From Anthoceros angustus (taxonomy: Eukaryota; Plantae; Anthocerotophyta), in assembly GCA_010909165.1 (NCBI GenBank), contig MU008175.1, positions 983,370-1,047,369 on the forward strand: a stretch of 64,000 nucleotides of DNA, in the 5' to 3' direction. A program made the position numbers and the translations under genes. Within the stretch, counting starts at the first letter, position 1, and every line of letters begins with the position of its first letter. The notes below the pieces were generated by a model. That model had not been told where the DNA came from. It made no database searches and saw only the letters and a program-made list of their open reading frames with translations. Of the stretch, positions 61,018 through 64,000 are shown piece by piece.

Positions 61018-63364
61018 CATGGCGCCAGGACATTTGTACATACATACGGGCACCCATGTTCAGCAGAGCTGTAAATATGTAAATGATTCAAATGTGGAAT
61101 TCGCTCACGACACCACATGGGGACCCGCATTAGTCGGACTTGTTAACTAACTGTCCGACAAACTGTGGACAATTCCAGTGGTTGCTGTTTGCCGATGGCT
61201 CCTCAGACTTGGAATATTTTCTACGGAGTGAACAGGGAACGGTAGACTTGAGCTACAGGTAGAATTCTCCTTCGAATTCGCCTCAACCGACGTAAACAGG
61301 CTCCAGCTTCTTACTCTCCTGCTATAAGGGTGTGTGGTTGAGCTGGATTTGTTGAAGGAAGTCGAGAGAACATTTGGGGAGTTTCTTTTCCCGTACCCAT
61401 TTATCTTCTTGTGAACAAGGCATTTTGTTGTGAAACTAAAATGCCGGTAATGCCGGAGACTTGGAATATGTCTCGAATTGGTGACTCCAGCTCTAGCAAC
61501 GAAATGCTACATACGATGAAGGAGGTGATGTACATAGTAGGTACACGTGAAAAGGGAAATCGCATCTGTAAATCCAGCAAAAATCCTCTCGGGAATTGTT
61601 CCCAGTCTCTGCACAAAATAGATTAGGAAAGGCAACTGTAAACGTACTCAGTTTGTGAACGTCAAGGAGACCGAATTGCAGGAAAGGACAAGAGTGTGAC
61701 GTATGTTGGGTTCATTTTCCTGGTCGTTGTCTTGTCCTTTCTTTTCCTGAGCTTATATGCATACTGTATGGTGATGAAGTCCAGGCGACTGGGCTGTATA
61801 TAAAGGCTAATGCGCCGCTCTTTTGAGAGAAGACGATGCACGCAACAATGTTGTTGCTGATCATCGGAATCTTCAGAATTCATGGCCTATAACCCCACCG
61901 GAGCAAATTGCTCGAGATGGGACAAAGCTCTTGCTAACAGTGTCATTTGCTACGATGCTTGGACCCTGTGGATTATCGGGAATGCCAAGGTAGCAAGGGT
62001 CCATGTACCGAGCAGACTGATGGTGTCTTGCGTAGCCCCCTAAGATCCGTGACGAAGATGACCAAGTCCACCTGCTGTAGCTGCGAAAGCGGCTCTCACT
62101 ATGAGTACAGTACTAGCAAGGACACTTAGCAACCGGGAGGCGAGACAAGTGGTAACACGGATCACCAAGTAATCCAACAATTGCACTGGGAGATTCCTGC
62201 TCTGCTTCCCAGAAGGATACAAGTAGATTTTTGGCTGCTGCCCATGGCAATCATCAGCGACGCGGCGTCGGGGCCAACTGCCTGCTGCTCGGCTACATCC
62301 CCAGCGGCCATCGCCATAATAAGAGTCTGCGGGTGTGAACGGGAAAGAGCTTGCGTCCTTGGACTGTAGCGGCCAGACGGCCTCGTGACGAGAGAGAGCA
62401 CTCGTCACTTTGCCGCCGTATTCCCAGTGTGCTCCAAGAGAGGGTTCTCTCCCTACACCTTGTCGTCACCCGGCACTGTCGGCAGCACACCACCAGGTGT
62501 CACCCCCATAGCCGGAGGTGTCTCTGTTGTTGCCCCCAGACTCCAACAACTGCCAACGGTACTGTAACGAACTGCGGCGAAGCAGCTTCTCTCACCAGAA
62601 GCACTGGACGGTGGATACAGCCCCGCAGCCCACGACTCCAGAGTCCAGCAGGCCAGATGCTCCTGCCATCACCGCTCATCACCTCCCACTGTTGCCCCCA
62701 GCATATGCCCTGGCCCGTGCGTCCCATCGCCACAGTTCCCATTCACAACATGTGCGCATATTCCCTCTCCATCACGGAACCCTCGCTCCTCGTCTTCTTT
62801 CCCTTCCCTTTCCAGGCACCAAGAATGTGCTGAGCAAACTTCTCCCCACGAGAATCTCTGCCTCTGGCTGTTCCACCAAGGCCATGCCCGGCCCCCCGGG
62901 ACGGCACCCCTCCATCCTCGGCTCTGCCACTGCCTCTGCCTGCTCCTGGGACTCGCACTCTTGCATCATTGCTTCCAGTAGTTGATCGGCTTCATGACAT
63001 TGACGACACCCAGCCTGCCCCCCAGTCTTGACACCGAGCCACTGCCGCCCTCCTTCTCCGCATCTTCCATCCACCATCCGGACTGACGGACCTCCCGGCT
63101 CCTTCATCCTTGCTTCATCACACCCTTCCTCCATCTGCATTGCGGCAACATACATTGCAATTTGGTAGCGTGCCCCACACGCTTTCTCTTCCATGGATTA
63201 TATGGCATTTGTTGTGCAACAACTGTATGCACATCCCGCCATGCGAGGCATCGCATCACGCCTCGATGGACCGACCCTGGTCCCTGGCATGCACGCAAGA
63301 GCCGCTTGCTGCGGCGAGCTGCACGCGGCCTTCCGCATAAGAGAAGGGAGACTAAGAAGCCCTA

Positions 63365-64000
63365 ATTAGGGTTATGCAAGAACTAATACTCCGCAAGTCC
63401 CGACACAGTGTCCGAGCCCGAACCCGAGCCCGAACCCGCACCCGAACCCGGCAGCTTCGGGCCCGAGGTCGGGCGGTTTGCGGGGAAAGCCGTATCGTAC
63501 CAAAACCCGGCCACCTACCGGGCCACATGGACGGGCGGGCGACCGGTGAAACCGAATCCCGCGACCTCCCGAGGCGGGTGGTGTCGGTCGGGCACCGGCT
63601 GGGACGGTGACGCTGGGTGCCTGGGCTCCAGGGAGGGTAGGTGGCGGGTAGGTGGAACCGGCAGCCTTCGCCACCTCGGCCGCCTCGTCATGCCCGTCGC
63701 CAATCGCGGGCCGGGTCAATGCGATCAGGATGGGCCTGGACCCGGGGCTGCCCAGGTTCGGCCGCCCGGAGCGCGCGAACCAGGCTCGCTGGCTGCTCTG
63801 CTGGCTCGCCTCTCTCTTCACTCCTCTCGCTTCGAGTCTATGTATAGAGCAGAAGGAGGCCCCCGGACGTGAGTGCCCAACTTCCGGCTTCACAGCTCCC
63901 GGCCGACCAGGCATCAAACGCAGCACGCTGTAGCGCTCCTGGTGCGCCAGTCTGTCCTTCCTTCCTCCAAAAATTGGGAGCTGGCTCAACGTCTTTCTGC
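63365..64000. mobile_element. GC-rich segment with CCCGA(A/G)/ACCG motif cluster, possibly the subterminal region of a hAT-like element running past the window end
   Basis: tagggtt followed by ccgagcccgaacccgagcccgaacccgcacccgaacccg, with an abrupt GC/CpG shift. No partner end is visible. Confidence 0.25.

Overview
Eukaryotic nuclear DNA from a non-seed land plant. It is most likely a hornwort, inferred from compact genes with ~80-100 bp introns, DYW:KP PPR proteins ending in -GRP and a cytochrome b5-fused delta-5 desaturase. Seven intact multi-exon genes are recognisable: an Aa_trans amino-acid transporter, MAD2, a plastid RluA/D-type pseudouridine synthase, CstF64, an ACT-domain alpha-glucan phosphorylase, the delta-5 desaturase and xanthine dehydrogenase. 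Between them lie a cluster of broken gene copies (RPT3, RING-H2, B-lectin; 1.9-5.5 kb) and an AT-rich island, possibly CACTA-bounded, carrying an intronless RING-H2 ORF (10.4-13.3 kb). A 13 kb head-to-tail array of rearranged PLS-E1-E2-DYW:KP(GRP) U-to-C editing-factor genes occupies 27.3-40.8 kb, and its junctions sit on short microhomologies. The window also has a Copia gag-protease remnant, a pair of C/D box snoRNAs in a desaturase intron, a 41-bp-stem hairpin and a three-copy orphan acidic-protein family. No copy in the PPR array is intact as assembled, and some of the small deletions may be long-read consensus errors. All calls come from reading the sequence; no searches were run.
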